This document shows, piece after piece, positions 1 to 9,065 of a stretch of DNA of 64,000 nt (positions are counted from its first letter, which is position 1; every line of letters starts with the position of its first letter). Made by a program: the position numbers and the translations under genes. The DNA lies in the NCBI GenBank assembly GCA_938085445.1, contig CALKGR010000001.1:151792-215791 (forward strand), in the 5' to 3' direction. Source of the stretch: an uncultured Rubripirellula sp. GTDB lineage: Bacteria; Planctomycetota; Planctomycetia; Pirellulales; Pirellulaceae. The notes beneath the pieces were generated by a model. That model was not told the origin of the DNA. It was given only the letters and a program-made list of their open reading frames with translations, and did not search any database.

Positions 1-54
1 AAAACTTCTTGCACCATGATCCTTCTTTCATAATCACAGGCAAACACTTCACTG

Positions 55-531
55 ATGGACAATTCGCCGCAACCAAGCACGCCGCAACCAAGGCCGGACG
101 AAGACCACCCAAACCCGTCTCTGACCAATCCGGTGCAGGAACCAAGTCCTGTTGGCAACAAAGTCAACGAGAACATTGATGATGTTGCTCCAGTCATGGC
201 TCGGCTTGTCGATGACACACCCGACCGAGTTGGTTCACCATTCGCTGCTGCCCCAAGTGGAAAAAAACGACACTTGCCAACCCCAGTTGCATTGCACGAC
301 CTAGGGCCGCTCCAGTACACAGCCATGGGCGGGGTTGTAGCGGCTGCCATGCTGCTAGGATTCGCAATCATGGCTTTATCGTGGTTTCCAATCGGTGGGT
401 GCATCATTGCGGCACTTGGATGCGTTACCGCAATCCTAGGACTTCATTCCAAATTCAAACGCATCACAACAGGACTGTTGGTAACACACGGATGTCTATT
501 CATCGCGTGCTTCATTTTGGCAAACACATGA
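55..531 (+). CDS. Hypothetical membrane protein (Pro-rich N-terminus, about 3 C-terminal TM helices)
   Basis: 158-aa ORF with a hydrophobic C-terminal half; its stop overlaps the next start (ATGA at 528-531). Confidence 0.7.
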   Translation: MDNSPQPSTPQPRPDEDHPNPSLTNPVQEPSPVGNKVNENIDDVAPVMARLVDDTPDRVGSPFAAAPSGKKRHLPTPVALHDLGPLQYTAMGGVVAAAMLLGFAIMALSWFPIGGCIIAALGCVTAILGLHSKFKRITTGLLVTHGCLFIACFILANT

Positions 532-2507
532 TCTCCTACTTCGTACAATCAAAGTCGCTCTTGTTCATCGCCTCCTCCGTCTGGTTGATGTTCTCACTGG
601 TATACAGAACGACTTTATCTGGTGAGCCTGCATTAACTGAGGCAAACCAGCAAGTTACAGCACAGAACAAACCGAATGACCATCTTCTGAAAATCCTCAG
701 CTACAATATTCACCACGCTGCAGGAACAGATGGAAAACTGGACCTCCGCCGCATTGCAGAAGTGATTCGGTCAGTGAATCCCGATCTTGTGTCTCTTCAG
801 GAAGTTGATCAACGAGTGCGTCGAAGCAATTCCATTGATCAACCCTCGGAGCTGGGCAAACTCACAGGCATGAGAGTCCTGTTCGCTGAGAACATTCCTT
901 TACAAGGTGGATCTTATGGCAATTCGATCTTAAGCCGACTTGAGATCGAATCAAAGAACCATTCCTTTCTTCCCAACCACAACAAGGGTGAACAGCGAGG
1001 TTTGCTAACCTCAACAGTTCGTTGGCAAATCGCGGGAAAACAAAAAAACATACTCAACTTCACGGCTACTCATTTCGACCATCGCCCTAATGACTCCGAA
1101 CGCATCGCATCAGCTCTCCAGGTCAATGGTCTAGCGATTGCTGATCCCGATACACCCAGTATCATCGCAGGCGACTTTAACGACGTCCGTGGTAGCAACA
1201 CACTGGAAACGCTACAAAAAAAATGGACCATCGCGGGTCCAAAACTGCCCACCGTTCCTGTGACACAACCAACACGACAAATTGACTTCATCCTGTATAG
1301 ACCGCGAAATCGATGGACAGTCATCAAGACCGAGGTCCTGCAGGAATCAGTTGCTTCCGACCATAGAGCAATTCTGTCAGTGTTACAGCTCAATGTTCCG
1401 CCCAAGCCTGCAATCAAAGCCCCAGCAGGAACAGGAAAAACGAACACGGACAAGAGCAATGGTGACCTAACAGAAAAGAGACACGATCAAGAGCGTAATG
1501 AACTACTTCGATCCACAGGTGTCGACGGCCATACACGCAAGGCTACCACTGTAACCGAATGGGCATCAAGGAAAAAATCGATACTCACTGCAATGCATTC
1601 TGTAATGGGACAGTTACCAAAAGTTGCACCGCGCAATACTCCTGCAATGGAATTAATCGAGGAGGTTGACTGTGGAAATTATGTACGGCGAAGGATTATG
1701 TATCAGTCGCAAGCAGGCAACAAAACGCCCGCATTTCTGTGTATCCCAAAAGCGGCATTCAAACGAGATGCAAAACCTTTACCGGCTGTTCTTTGTCTTC
1801 ACCCGACGGACGACAATGTTGGCAATGGAGTAGTCGTTGGCCTCGGTGGAAAACCAAATCGACAATACGCAAGTGAACTGGCGTCCCGTGGCTATATCAC
1901 CCTTGCCCCTGCATACCCTCTGCTGGCGAACTACCAACCGGACGTAAAAGGACTGGGCTGGAAGAGCGGAACTCTTCTCGCTGTGTGGGACAACATGCGT
2001 GGGATCGACCTTCTCTGCTCGTTACCTTATGTCAGGCAGAATGCAATCGGTGCGATCGGGCATTCTCTAGGTGGGCACAATGCACTCTACACTGCTGCCT
2101 TTGATGAGCGGATCGCGGCCGTAGTTTCCAGCTGCGGTTTTGATTCATATCAGGATTACTACGGTGGTGACCAAACAAAATGGCTTCCGGGAAAGGGTTG
2201 GACTCAGCTGCGTTATATGCCTGATCTCGCTAATTACCGGGGAAAGCTAAACGAAATCCCATTCGACTTTGACGAAATCCTGGCAACCATTGCACCACGT
2301 CCAGTCCTCGTTGTAGCTCCATTGCATGACTCGAATTTCCAAGCTGCCAGTGTACGCCGTTTGATTTTAAATGCGGGACCTGTGTATGCCCTGCATGGAG
2401 CAGAGAACCGCTTGAATCTTCTGCAGCCTGACTGCGCGCACGACTTCCCAAATCCGATGAGGATCAAAGCCTATCAATTATTTGATCAGGTTTTGAAACG
2501 CCCCTGA
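528..2507 (+). CDS. Secreted endonuclease/exonuclease/phosphatase (EEP) domain fused to an alpha/beta hydrolase domain
   Basis: EEP motifs SYNIH, LQEVD, AGDFN, IDFI, SDH; hydrolase nucleophile GHSLGG and C-terminal AHDFP; start placed at ATG 528 because of the ATGA overlap. Confidence 0.8.
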   Translation: MISYFVQSKSLLFIASSVWLMFSLVYRTTLSGEPALTEANQQVTAQNKPNDHLLKILSYNIHHAAGTDGKLDLRRIAEVIRSVNPDLVSLQEVDQRVRRSNSIDQPSELGKLTGMRVLFAENIPLQGGSYGNSILSRLEIESKNHSFLPNHNKGEQRGLLTSTVRWQIAGKQKNILNFTATHFDHRPNDSERIASALQVNGLAIADPDTPSIIAGDFNDVRGSNTLETLQKKWTIAGPKLPTVPVTQPTRQIDFILYRPRNRWTVIKTEVLQESVASDHRAILSVLQLNVPPKPAIKAPAGTGKTNTDKSNGDLTEKRHDQERNELLRSTGVDGHTRKATTVTEWASRKKSILTAMHSVMGQLPKVAPRNTPAMELIEEVDCGNYVRRRIMYQSQAGNKTPAFLCIPKAAFKRDAKPLPAVLCLHPTDDNVGNGVVVGLGGKPNRQYASELASRGYITLAPAYPLLANYQPDVKGLGWKSGTLLAVWDNMRGIDLLCSLPYVRQNAIGAIGHSLGGHNALYTAAFDERIAAVVSSCGFDSYQDYYGGDQTKWLPGKGWTQLRYMPDLANYRGKLNEIPFDFDEILATIAPRPVLVVAPLHDSNFQAASVRRLILNAGPVYALHGAENRLNLLQPDCAHDFPNPMRIKAYQLFDQVLKRP

Positions 2508-2712
2508 TGGATTCCGTCACCAACAAACAGAACATCGGGCAACGTCCATCGGAAGCACATCATCGTCCCGCCAGACTGGACTTGGGAAACAGACCACGCT
2601 GAAATTCTAAATTTACTTGCCGTTACATCATTGGGACTCGTAATCAGCAATACAAACAACGAGAATAGTTCTGATAAGCCCCCCTGATATTCAATCCATA
2701 ACTCACAAAAAG

Positions 2713-4161
2713 ATGAACTCCATGACTGCTTTGAATCGTCGCAACTTCCTAGCCAGCACTCTTGTAACCGGCCTCACAAGCAGCCTCACAGCCAACAGAT
2801 TAAGAGCAGCGAATGCGAACGACGAAGTGAATCTGGGTTTTATCAGTTGCGGAGGGCGTGCTGGTCAACTGATGGGACAATTCAGCAAAGTCGATGGCAT
2901 CAATATCGCTGGGCTATGCGATGTGGATGAGAAACGGCTTGGATTAGCCAAACAGAAATACCCGAAGGCGCAGGGCTGGACGGACCTTCGTGACCTGATC
3001 GCCTCAGATTCCATTGATGTGGTTGTCGTAGCAACCTGTAATCACTGGCATTGTCTGGCGGCAATATGGGCGATGCAAGCCGGAAAAGATGTCTATGTTG
3101 AGAAGCCCTTGTCGCATAGCCAATGGGAAGGGCGGCAGACAGTTGCCGCAGCACGAAAATACAATCGAATTTGCCAAATTGGTACTCAGCAACGTTCGGA
3201 TCCCATGCAAGCCGAGATCAAGAAATTCTTGCATGAAGACAAAACACTGGGTGAAATCAACGCCACGCGTGTCAATCGCTACGGAGTTCGCCCTTCAATC
3301 GGCAAACGTGACAAGCCTCTGGCCGTGGACAAAAATATTGCTTACGACCTTTGGCTTGGACCAGCTCAGGATGAACCGATCTTCCGCGAAAAATTGCACT
3401 ACGACTGGCATTGGGATTGGAACACGGGGTCCGGTGAAATGGGTAACTGGGGCGTGCATGTCTTAGATGATGTCCGCAACAATGTATTCCAAGATTCGGT
3501 GGCACTGCCAAAGCGAATTCTGGGTGGAGGTGGTCGCGTCGCGCTCAACGACGCGGGGCAAACACCTAATGTACACTTTGCTTTCTTTGATACAGGTTCA
3601 ATTCCTGTTGTCATCGGGCTTTCGAATTTGCCATCCATGCCAAAAGGTAAGAAGAGCCCATCACATCCGGGACCAAGCAGTGGATACGTCGTCTATTGCG
3701 AAGGCGGGCGTTACGAGGGACAACGGGGACGTGGAGCTGCTTACGACTCTGCAGGTAAAAAAATCAAAGAGTTTAGAGGCGGTGGAGATGTTCGGCATCA
3801 AGCGAACTTCATCGAGGCTGTACTCAAGCGAGATTCTTCGATCTTGAATGCGGACATTGGCGTAGGAAATGACAGCACAGGATGGTGCAATCTGGCAAAC
3901 GTTGCTTTCCGCACTGGAAAAAATCTTGACAGAGAGGCCACCAACGGAATCGAGCTGGAACAATGGATCACTTTGATGGGTGAAATGGATGAACACCTCG
4001 AATCCCATCAACTGTCTCGTGTGAGCGAAGAGATACGTGTCAGTCCAATGCTGGAACTGGATACGAAGACCGAACAATTCGTGGGATCTGGCTCAAAAGA
4101 TGCAAACCAGTATCTCAATCGAGAATATCGAAAAGGTTATGAAGTGCCTGAGCTTGGCTGA
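2713..4161 (+). CDS. Tat-exported Gfo/Idh/MocA family oxidoreductase
   Basis: NRRNFL Tat signal; AGKDVYVEKP motif; GEMGNWGVH motif. Confidence 0.9.
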   Translation: MNSMTALNRRNFLASTLVTGLTSSLTANRLRAANANDEVNLGFISCGGRAGQLMGQFSKVDGINIAGLCDVDEKRLGLAKQKYPKAQGWTDLRDLIASDSIDVVVVATCNHWHCLAAIWAMQAGKDVYVEKPLSHSQWEGRQTVAAARKYNRICQIGTQQRSDPMQAEIKKFLHEDKTLGEINATRVNRYGVRPSIGKRDKPLAVDKNIAYDLWLGPAQDEPIFREKLHYDWHWDWNTGSGEMGNWGVHVLDDVRNNVFQDSVALPKRILGGGGRVALNDAGQTPNVHFAFFDTGSIPVVIGLSNLPSMPKGKKSPSHPGPSSGYVVYCEGGRYEGQRGRGAAYDSAGKKIKEFRGGGDVRHQANFIEAVLKRDSSILNADIGVGNDSTGWCNLANVAFRTGKNLDREATNGIELEQWITLMGEMDEHLESHQLSRVSEEIRVSPMLELDTKTEQFVGSGSKDANQYLNREYRKGYEVPELG

Positions 4162-4255
4162 ATTCCCAGCAGCAAGATTCGCTATGACAAAGTGGTAACC
4201 AACTGACACCGCTGGCTTCGGCTACGAAGCGAAGGTTGCTGGTAGGCGATATGAT

Positions 4256-5125
4256 CTATGATTCGAATTTTTTGCGGGGCCCAGCAACATAAAGAGCTTC
4301 ACCCGTAAAACGCGTCTGAAATTCTTCGTCACTCCAAGTTGTCTTGCCCACGGCTGGGTCACCAATCACCCAGTCGCCGATTTCGTTACGTCCAAACACA
4401 ACCACTGCGTGCCGATCCCCGCGAGATGTAAAAAATCGGCTTGGAAACGCGTCGCTTGATTCGCCGAAACGAACAATTGCCAAATTGGGAAGCTGTCCGG
4501 CAGGCAACCAGACATCAGTATTCGAAGATGCCAGACAAATTTTGTGGAAAGCAGAATTCGAGTACATTCTGACTCCCCGATACAATCCCAAAGACTCTGT
4601 ACCGTGATCACTCGTTGAACACACGCGAACAAGATCCCGTTCTTCAGCAACAATACCAGCACCCCGTAATAAAGTGACAGCCGCTGCCGGGGCGCAGGTA
4701 GAGCTATGACTCTGAAGACAAATTCCATCATCCCACTGAGTTTCTTCACTCAACTGGACCGGCAAAAAGGCGGGGCGGAGCAATGGTAGTACAGTGTAGC
4801 CTAGAGCCATTCCCACCAGACTGATCGCGGCTATGGACCGCGAGTAGGATCGCAAACCGGAACTGCAGGCTGCCAAACCTGCAGTAAAACAAAGACAAGG
4901 AGCTATAAGAGTTGACCAGAGCAGAACATCAGGAAGCGGCAGCAAATCAATCCAGTGAAGCCCACCCGTGAGAATCCATGACAAAGCCATAGCGAAACAC
5001 AGAGCACAGGCAAGAAAGAACGGACTGGATGTAGTCCGCGTTGACCGCAACCCCCAGCCCATGGCGTAAGCAAGCACCGACAATGCTATCGTGCAGACAA
5101 GACCGGAAATCAAATACGCAGCCAC
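4256..5125 (-). CDS. Membrane-anchored C39-like cysteine peptidase
   Basis: About 4 N-terminal TM helices, then QSHSSTCAPAA (Q...C), RHAVVV (His) and IGDPAVG (Asp), matching the peptidase C39 triad order. Confidence 0.7.
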   Translation of the reverse strand: MAAYLISGLVCTIALSVLAYAMGWGLRSTRTTSSPFFLACALCFAMALSWILTGGLHWIDLLPLPDVLLWSTLIAPCLCFTAGLAACSSGLRSYSRSIAAISLVGMALGYTVLPLLRPAFLPVQLSEETQWDDGICLQSHSSTCAPAAAVTLLRGAGIVAEERDLVRVCSTSDHGTESLGLYRGVRMYSNSAFHKICLASSNTDVWLPAGQLPNLAIVRFGESSDAFPSRFFTSRGDRHAVVVFGRNEIGDWVIGDPAVGKTTWSDEEFQTRFTGEALYVAGPRKKFES

Positions 5126-5378
5126 CGCAGCACCTCTTTCAGAAACATATGAATGTTAAGAAAAGATTAGCAACAAGTTGAAATTTCAACAATATTTATG
5201 TTATCGGTTGCTTGCAGTATTCCAATATCTTCATATTCCGAAAAACTTAGCACTTCTGGATGCCCCACATTCTGGAAGCGTATGTGAACCCCGGTGCCAG
5301 CATAAATGCGTACCGTTGTTTCAAGTGCTACAAACCACGAAATCCCTGAATTCGCTAGCGGATTCTACATCGAAGTGA

Positions 5379-5519
5379 TCACTCTGCTGAAAAGCGATGT
5401 ACGGTAACTTCATGCAGTCGCTCACCAGGCTTCAACAAGGTTGTTGGAAACGAATCACGGTTGGGTGCGTTAGGGTAATGTTGGGTTTCAAGACAAAATG
5501 CTTCATGACCTCCATTACC
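5379..5519 (-). pseudogene. galM: Duplicated 3' fragment of aldose 1-epimerase (galM), 46 codons plus stop
   Basis: Translates GNGGHEAFCLETQHYPNAPNRDSFPTTLLKPGERLHEVTVHRFSAE; 40/46 aa identical to the end of the intact gene at 6737-6877. Confidence 0.9.
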
Positions 5520-5572
5520 ACATGACGGTATAGGAAAAGGGGAATGGAAAAAGCGTTGTCCACTCCTCGGAC

Positions 5573-6328
5573 TCATTCTGTCAAATTGGGTTCGACTGAA
5601 TTGTGCTTTGTAAGCTCACGTGAGCCATCGGCAGTATCCAACCATATACGCTTCTCAGCAAACTCGATCTCTGGTAGTTGCGTCTCTATTACGTCCATGA
5701 GTGCTTCCATTTTTTCCCGCTGCTTCTGATGACTGAACCCCTTACCCGTCACACGAAACACGAGGCCCGGCGTTATACCGTCTTCCGTCTTGAAGGGTAT
5801 CAATGAGACAGATACACCGTCGATGCGGTATCCTGCGATCCATTTTCCAGTGGGCTGCCGATACTGCTCAGACAAACGCATCAACAACGGTTCCATTGAG
5901 TCCCAATACTCGAGGTGGGGTTTGCCGACCTCCCGGTTTATAACCAACATATAGCCCTGATAGCGGTACACAGCTTGCGACTCACGACTGAACCTGAAAT
6001 AACCCATTAACACCGCGAGCACCGAGACAAGGACGATGATTCCCGACAGGGTTACTTTCTTTCCTTTGAAAAAGATCAGCTTGTAATTGAGATATGCAAC
6101 AGTTGAGATCAACAGGCTCAGGACGAAATAGATCTCGGAAGGGATAAGAATATCTTTCAATCCAATCAGAAACAGAAGAATCAGACCGACCTGCACCAAG
6201 TGTTTAAACCAGGCTTTCTCCACCAACGTTCGTAAAGTCAAGCGATTTGTAGATCCCGGCTGCTTGGCAATTTTAGGGTCATCATTGGATGTGTCTAGAT
6301 TCATGTCATGCTTAGCAGGTTTTGCCAC
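5573..6328 (-). CDS. Hypothetical membrane protein (about 3 TM helices plus a soluble C-terminal domain)
   Basis: 251-aa ORF with an N-terminal hydrophobic block and no recognised motif; lies between galM and its duplicated end. Confidence 0.65.
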   Translation of the reverse strand: MAKPAKHDMNLDTSNDDPKIAKQPGSTNRLTLRTLVEKAWFKHLVQVGLILLFLIGLKDILIPSEIYFVLSLLISTVAYLNYKLIFFKGKKVTLSGIIVLVSVLAVLMGYFRFSRESQAVYRYQGYMLVINREVGKPHLEYWDSMEPLLMRLSEQYRQPTGKWIAGYRIDGVSVSLIPFKTEDGITPGLVFRVTGKGFSHQKQREKMEALMDVIETQLPEIEFAEKRIWLDTADGSRELTKHNSVEPNLTE

Positions 6329-6736
6329 CTGATACTTTAAAATGACGAGGCGACAATGGGAGCATCCATCTCATTTCCGCACTTCGATGAGTCACGCATC
6401 ATTGGCTGCTCGATCCAGTTGATTGTCCAGAGCAGGATCTCCCGGATGTAGTGCACAGCTGGACTCCAGGAAACGACGCGAGCCAAGGAATCACCTCCTC
6501 AATTTCGTGATGTCAAAAAATAGCAACAACCGGAAGTTGGGAAAACCTTTCCTATCAGTTGGCTGCAGCACTTCGATTTCTTCATCATTCGAAATAACAA
6601 TCACGACGCACGACATCAGTTACTGTTGATTCCCAAGGGTACCAGGACTGCTAACCAACCACCAAAATCGCAGCAGTGGCAAACCCTCCATTTTCAGTTA
6701 CTGGGCAAGAGTGATCCTAAGTGAATGTTCAGTTGG

Positions 6737-7858
6737 TCACTGTGTTGAAAATCGGTGCACTGTGACTTGGTGCAACTTTTCTCCGGGCTTCAACAATGTC
6801 GTTGGAAAAGATTCCCGGTTTGGCGCGTTGGGATAATGTTGGGTTTCGAGACAAAATGCTTCGTGCCCTCCATAGCCATTGGACCTCTCGTTACCTGGCA
6901 GATGATTCGCTGTGTAAAGCTGCATCCCCGGTTGTGTGGTTTCGATTGCCAGTATCCGGCCTGATTCTGGATCAACGACCCGTGCAGCACTACGCAACTC
7001 GCCGGGTGTTCCCCGGACAACATAGCAATGATCATAACCCTTGGTCGCACTTAGCTGCTCAATACGGTCCCCCAAAGCTGTCCCACTTCGGAAATCCAGG
7101 ACTGTGCCCTCTACTGAATTCAATTTACCCGTTGGAATCAGATCATCATCCACATCCAGGTACTGGTCAGCTTCAATCGTTGCAATGTGATCCATGGCAG
7201 AACCACTGCCGGCACCTGCAAGGTTCCAGTAACTGTGGTTTGTAAGATTGACATGAGTGGGTGCATCTGTCGTCGCCTTGTACGCGATTCGCAATTCGTT
7301 GTTATCATTCCACGAATACTCTGCAGTTGCCTGTACCGTTCCAGGGTAGCCCTCCTGTCCGTCAGGGCTTGTCAGGTGAAATCGAACACCGACTGCATCA
7401 TCCGTGCGAAATGTTTCACCATTCCAATTCTGGTACGTAAAATTGTTTTTCCCGCCGTGAATGTGGTGTTTGCCGGCATTTGTCGTGACCTGATAGGCCT
7501 TACCACCAATCGTGAATTTTCCCTCTTCAATCCGATTGCAAAACCGTCCGACCGTGCTGCCAAAATAAGGATGCCCGTCAAGGTAGGGTGCAAGTTCGTC
7601 AAACGCGAGATTCACATTTGCCCGATTCCCTTCTCGGTCAGGGACGTTGACATCGAGTAAGGTGGCTCCCCAAGTCATGACCGAAACACTGTTGCCATGC
7701 GAATTAGTCAAAGTGAACCGAGTGACGTCTTGACCGTCCTGAGTAGCACCAAATACGTTGGATTGGATGTTCATGGTGGGATTAGCAGCGAGCGAGTTGG
7801 CAAAACAGGTAATAATCGCGATAATAGGCATCGCGGTGAAGAACAAGCGTAGCATCAT
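6737..7858 (-). CDS. galM: Aldose 1-epimerase (galactose mutarotase) with signal peptide
   Basis: GRFCNRI, HIHGG, NLTNHSYWNL, GYDHCY and FCLETQHYP motifs; start placed at MMLRLFF. Confidence 0.93.
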   Translation of the reverse strand: MMLRLFFTAMPIIAIITCFANSLAANPTMNIQSNVFGATQDGQDVTRFTLTNSHGNSVSVMTWGATLLDVNVPDREGNRANVNLAFDELAPYLDGHPYFGSTVGRFCNRIEEGKFTIGGKAYQVTTNAGKHHIHGGKNNFTYQNWNGETFRTDDAVGVRFHLTSPDGQEGYPGTVQATAEYSWNDNNELRIAYKATTDAPTHVNLTNHSYWNLAGAGSGSAMDHIATIEADQYLDVDDDLIPTGKLNSVEGTVLDFRSGTALGDRIEQLSATKGYDHCYVVRGTPGELRSAARVVDPESGRILAIETTQPGMQLYTANHLPGNERSNGYGGHEAFCLETQHYPNAPNRESFPTTLLKPGEKLHQVTVHRFSTQ

Positions 7859-7972
7859 GACGTTTTTCGGAGCGTTCGTGTACCAGACAAGTGAGAGCTT
7901 TACGTTAACCGACATCGCGTGCAAATTCACCTTGTGCAGCTCATTGATTTTGAAAAAGTGCGTCCCATCTCT

Positions 7973-9040
7973 GTGTCTACATTACCTGCCCTTTCACCGC
8001 TAAGCATTGGGAATGTCAACATTGGCTTTCCTATCGTGCAAGCTGCCTTGTCAGGCTACAGCGACCTTCCGATGCGAGTGATTGCGCGTCAATACGGTGC
8101 CAGTTACGCAATTTGCGAGGTAATGCTGGACCAGTTCCTGCTAGCCCTTAGCAAACGTCAGAAAACAAAACACTTCCTGGATATCCATCCCACAGAACAC
8201 CCGGTGGGTGGGCAACTGATGGGCGCGGAACCTGAGCAGTTTGCCATGGGCGCGCTAAAATTGGTGGAAGCCGGCTTCGACATCATCGACGTCAATTTCG
8301 GATGTCCCGTCAAAAAGGTTTTGGGGCGCTGTCGCGGCGGATTCCACCTCTCACAACCCGAAGTTGCAATTGATATCCTGCGACGTACCCGTGATATCGT
8401 TCCTCAACAGATTCCTGTAACAGTCAAGATGCGACGTGGCATTGATGATTCAGCTGAATCCCGTGACAAGTTTTTTCAGATTCTTGACGGTGCCATGGAC
8501 GCTGGTCTAGCTGCGGCCACCGTGCATGGTCGAACCGTACAGCAACGCTATGTCGGCCCCAGTCGCTGGTCTTTTCTGTCCGAGGTCAAACAACACGTGG
8601 GTACAAGGCTGCGCATTCTCGGCAGTGGTGATTTATTCACAGCCGAGGACTGCTTGCGTATGATTCACGAAACCGGGATCGATGGTGTCACAGTTGCACG
8701 GGGTGCAATCGGAAATCCGTGGATTTTCCAACAGGCAAAGGCTCTTGCAGAAGGCCTCCCCAAACCCTCACCACCGGACCTGAACGAACAAGCCGCTGTG
8801 ATGAGAGCTCATTTTCAGTTGTGCATGCAAACTTACAGCGAACAGCGGGCTCCGCTGTTGATGAGAAAATTTTGCATCAAGTATTCCCAATGCCACCCCC
8901 AGCACGAACAAGTGCGACTCGATATGACGCGCATCCGAACCGCAGAAGAATTCGAACAGATGCTCAACAAACACTATTCGAACAATGTCGCCGGGCGCTA
9001 CATCCCGCGCGAAGCACATGGATCTCAAGAAGAGTGTTGA
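7973..9040 (+). CDS. dusB: tRNA-dihydrouridine synthase (DusB-like)
   Basis: DVNFGCPVKKV, PVTVKMR, TVHGRT, ARGAIGNPWIF; start uncertain (ORF opens at 7919). Confidence 0.9.
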   Translation: MSTLPALSPLSIGNVNIGFPIVQAALSGYSDLPMRVIARQYGASYAICEVMLDQFLLALSKRQKTKHFLDIHPTEHPVGGQLMGAEPEQFAMGALKLVEAGFDIIDVNFGCPVKKVLGRCRGGFHLSQPEVAIDILRRTRDIVPQQIPVTVKMRRGIDDSAESRDKFFQILDGAMDAGLAAATVHGRTVQQRYVGPSRWSFLSEVKQHVGTRLRILGSGDLFTAEDCLRMIHETGIDGVTVARGAIGNPWIFQQAKALAEGLPKPSPPDLNEQAAVMRAHFQLCMQTYSEQRAPLLMRKFCIKYSQCHPQHEQVRLDMTRIRTAEEFEQMLNKHYSNNVAGRYIPREAHGSQEEC

Positions 9041-9065
9041 CGCTCAAAAATCTACTCTCTGTGAT

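Noticed and set aside
381..527. N-terminal extension of the EEP-hydrolase ORF
   Set aside because: Overlaps the upstream CDS; ATG 528 gives an ATGA junction and a signal-like N-terminus
7973..9040. dus gene as an island integration site
   Set aside because: No duplicated dus fragment or integrase nearby; the duplication involves galM instead
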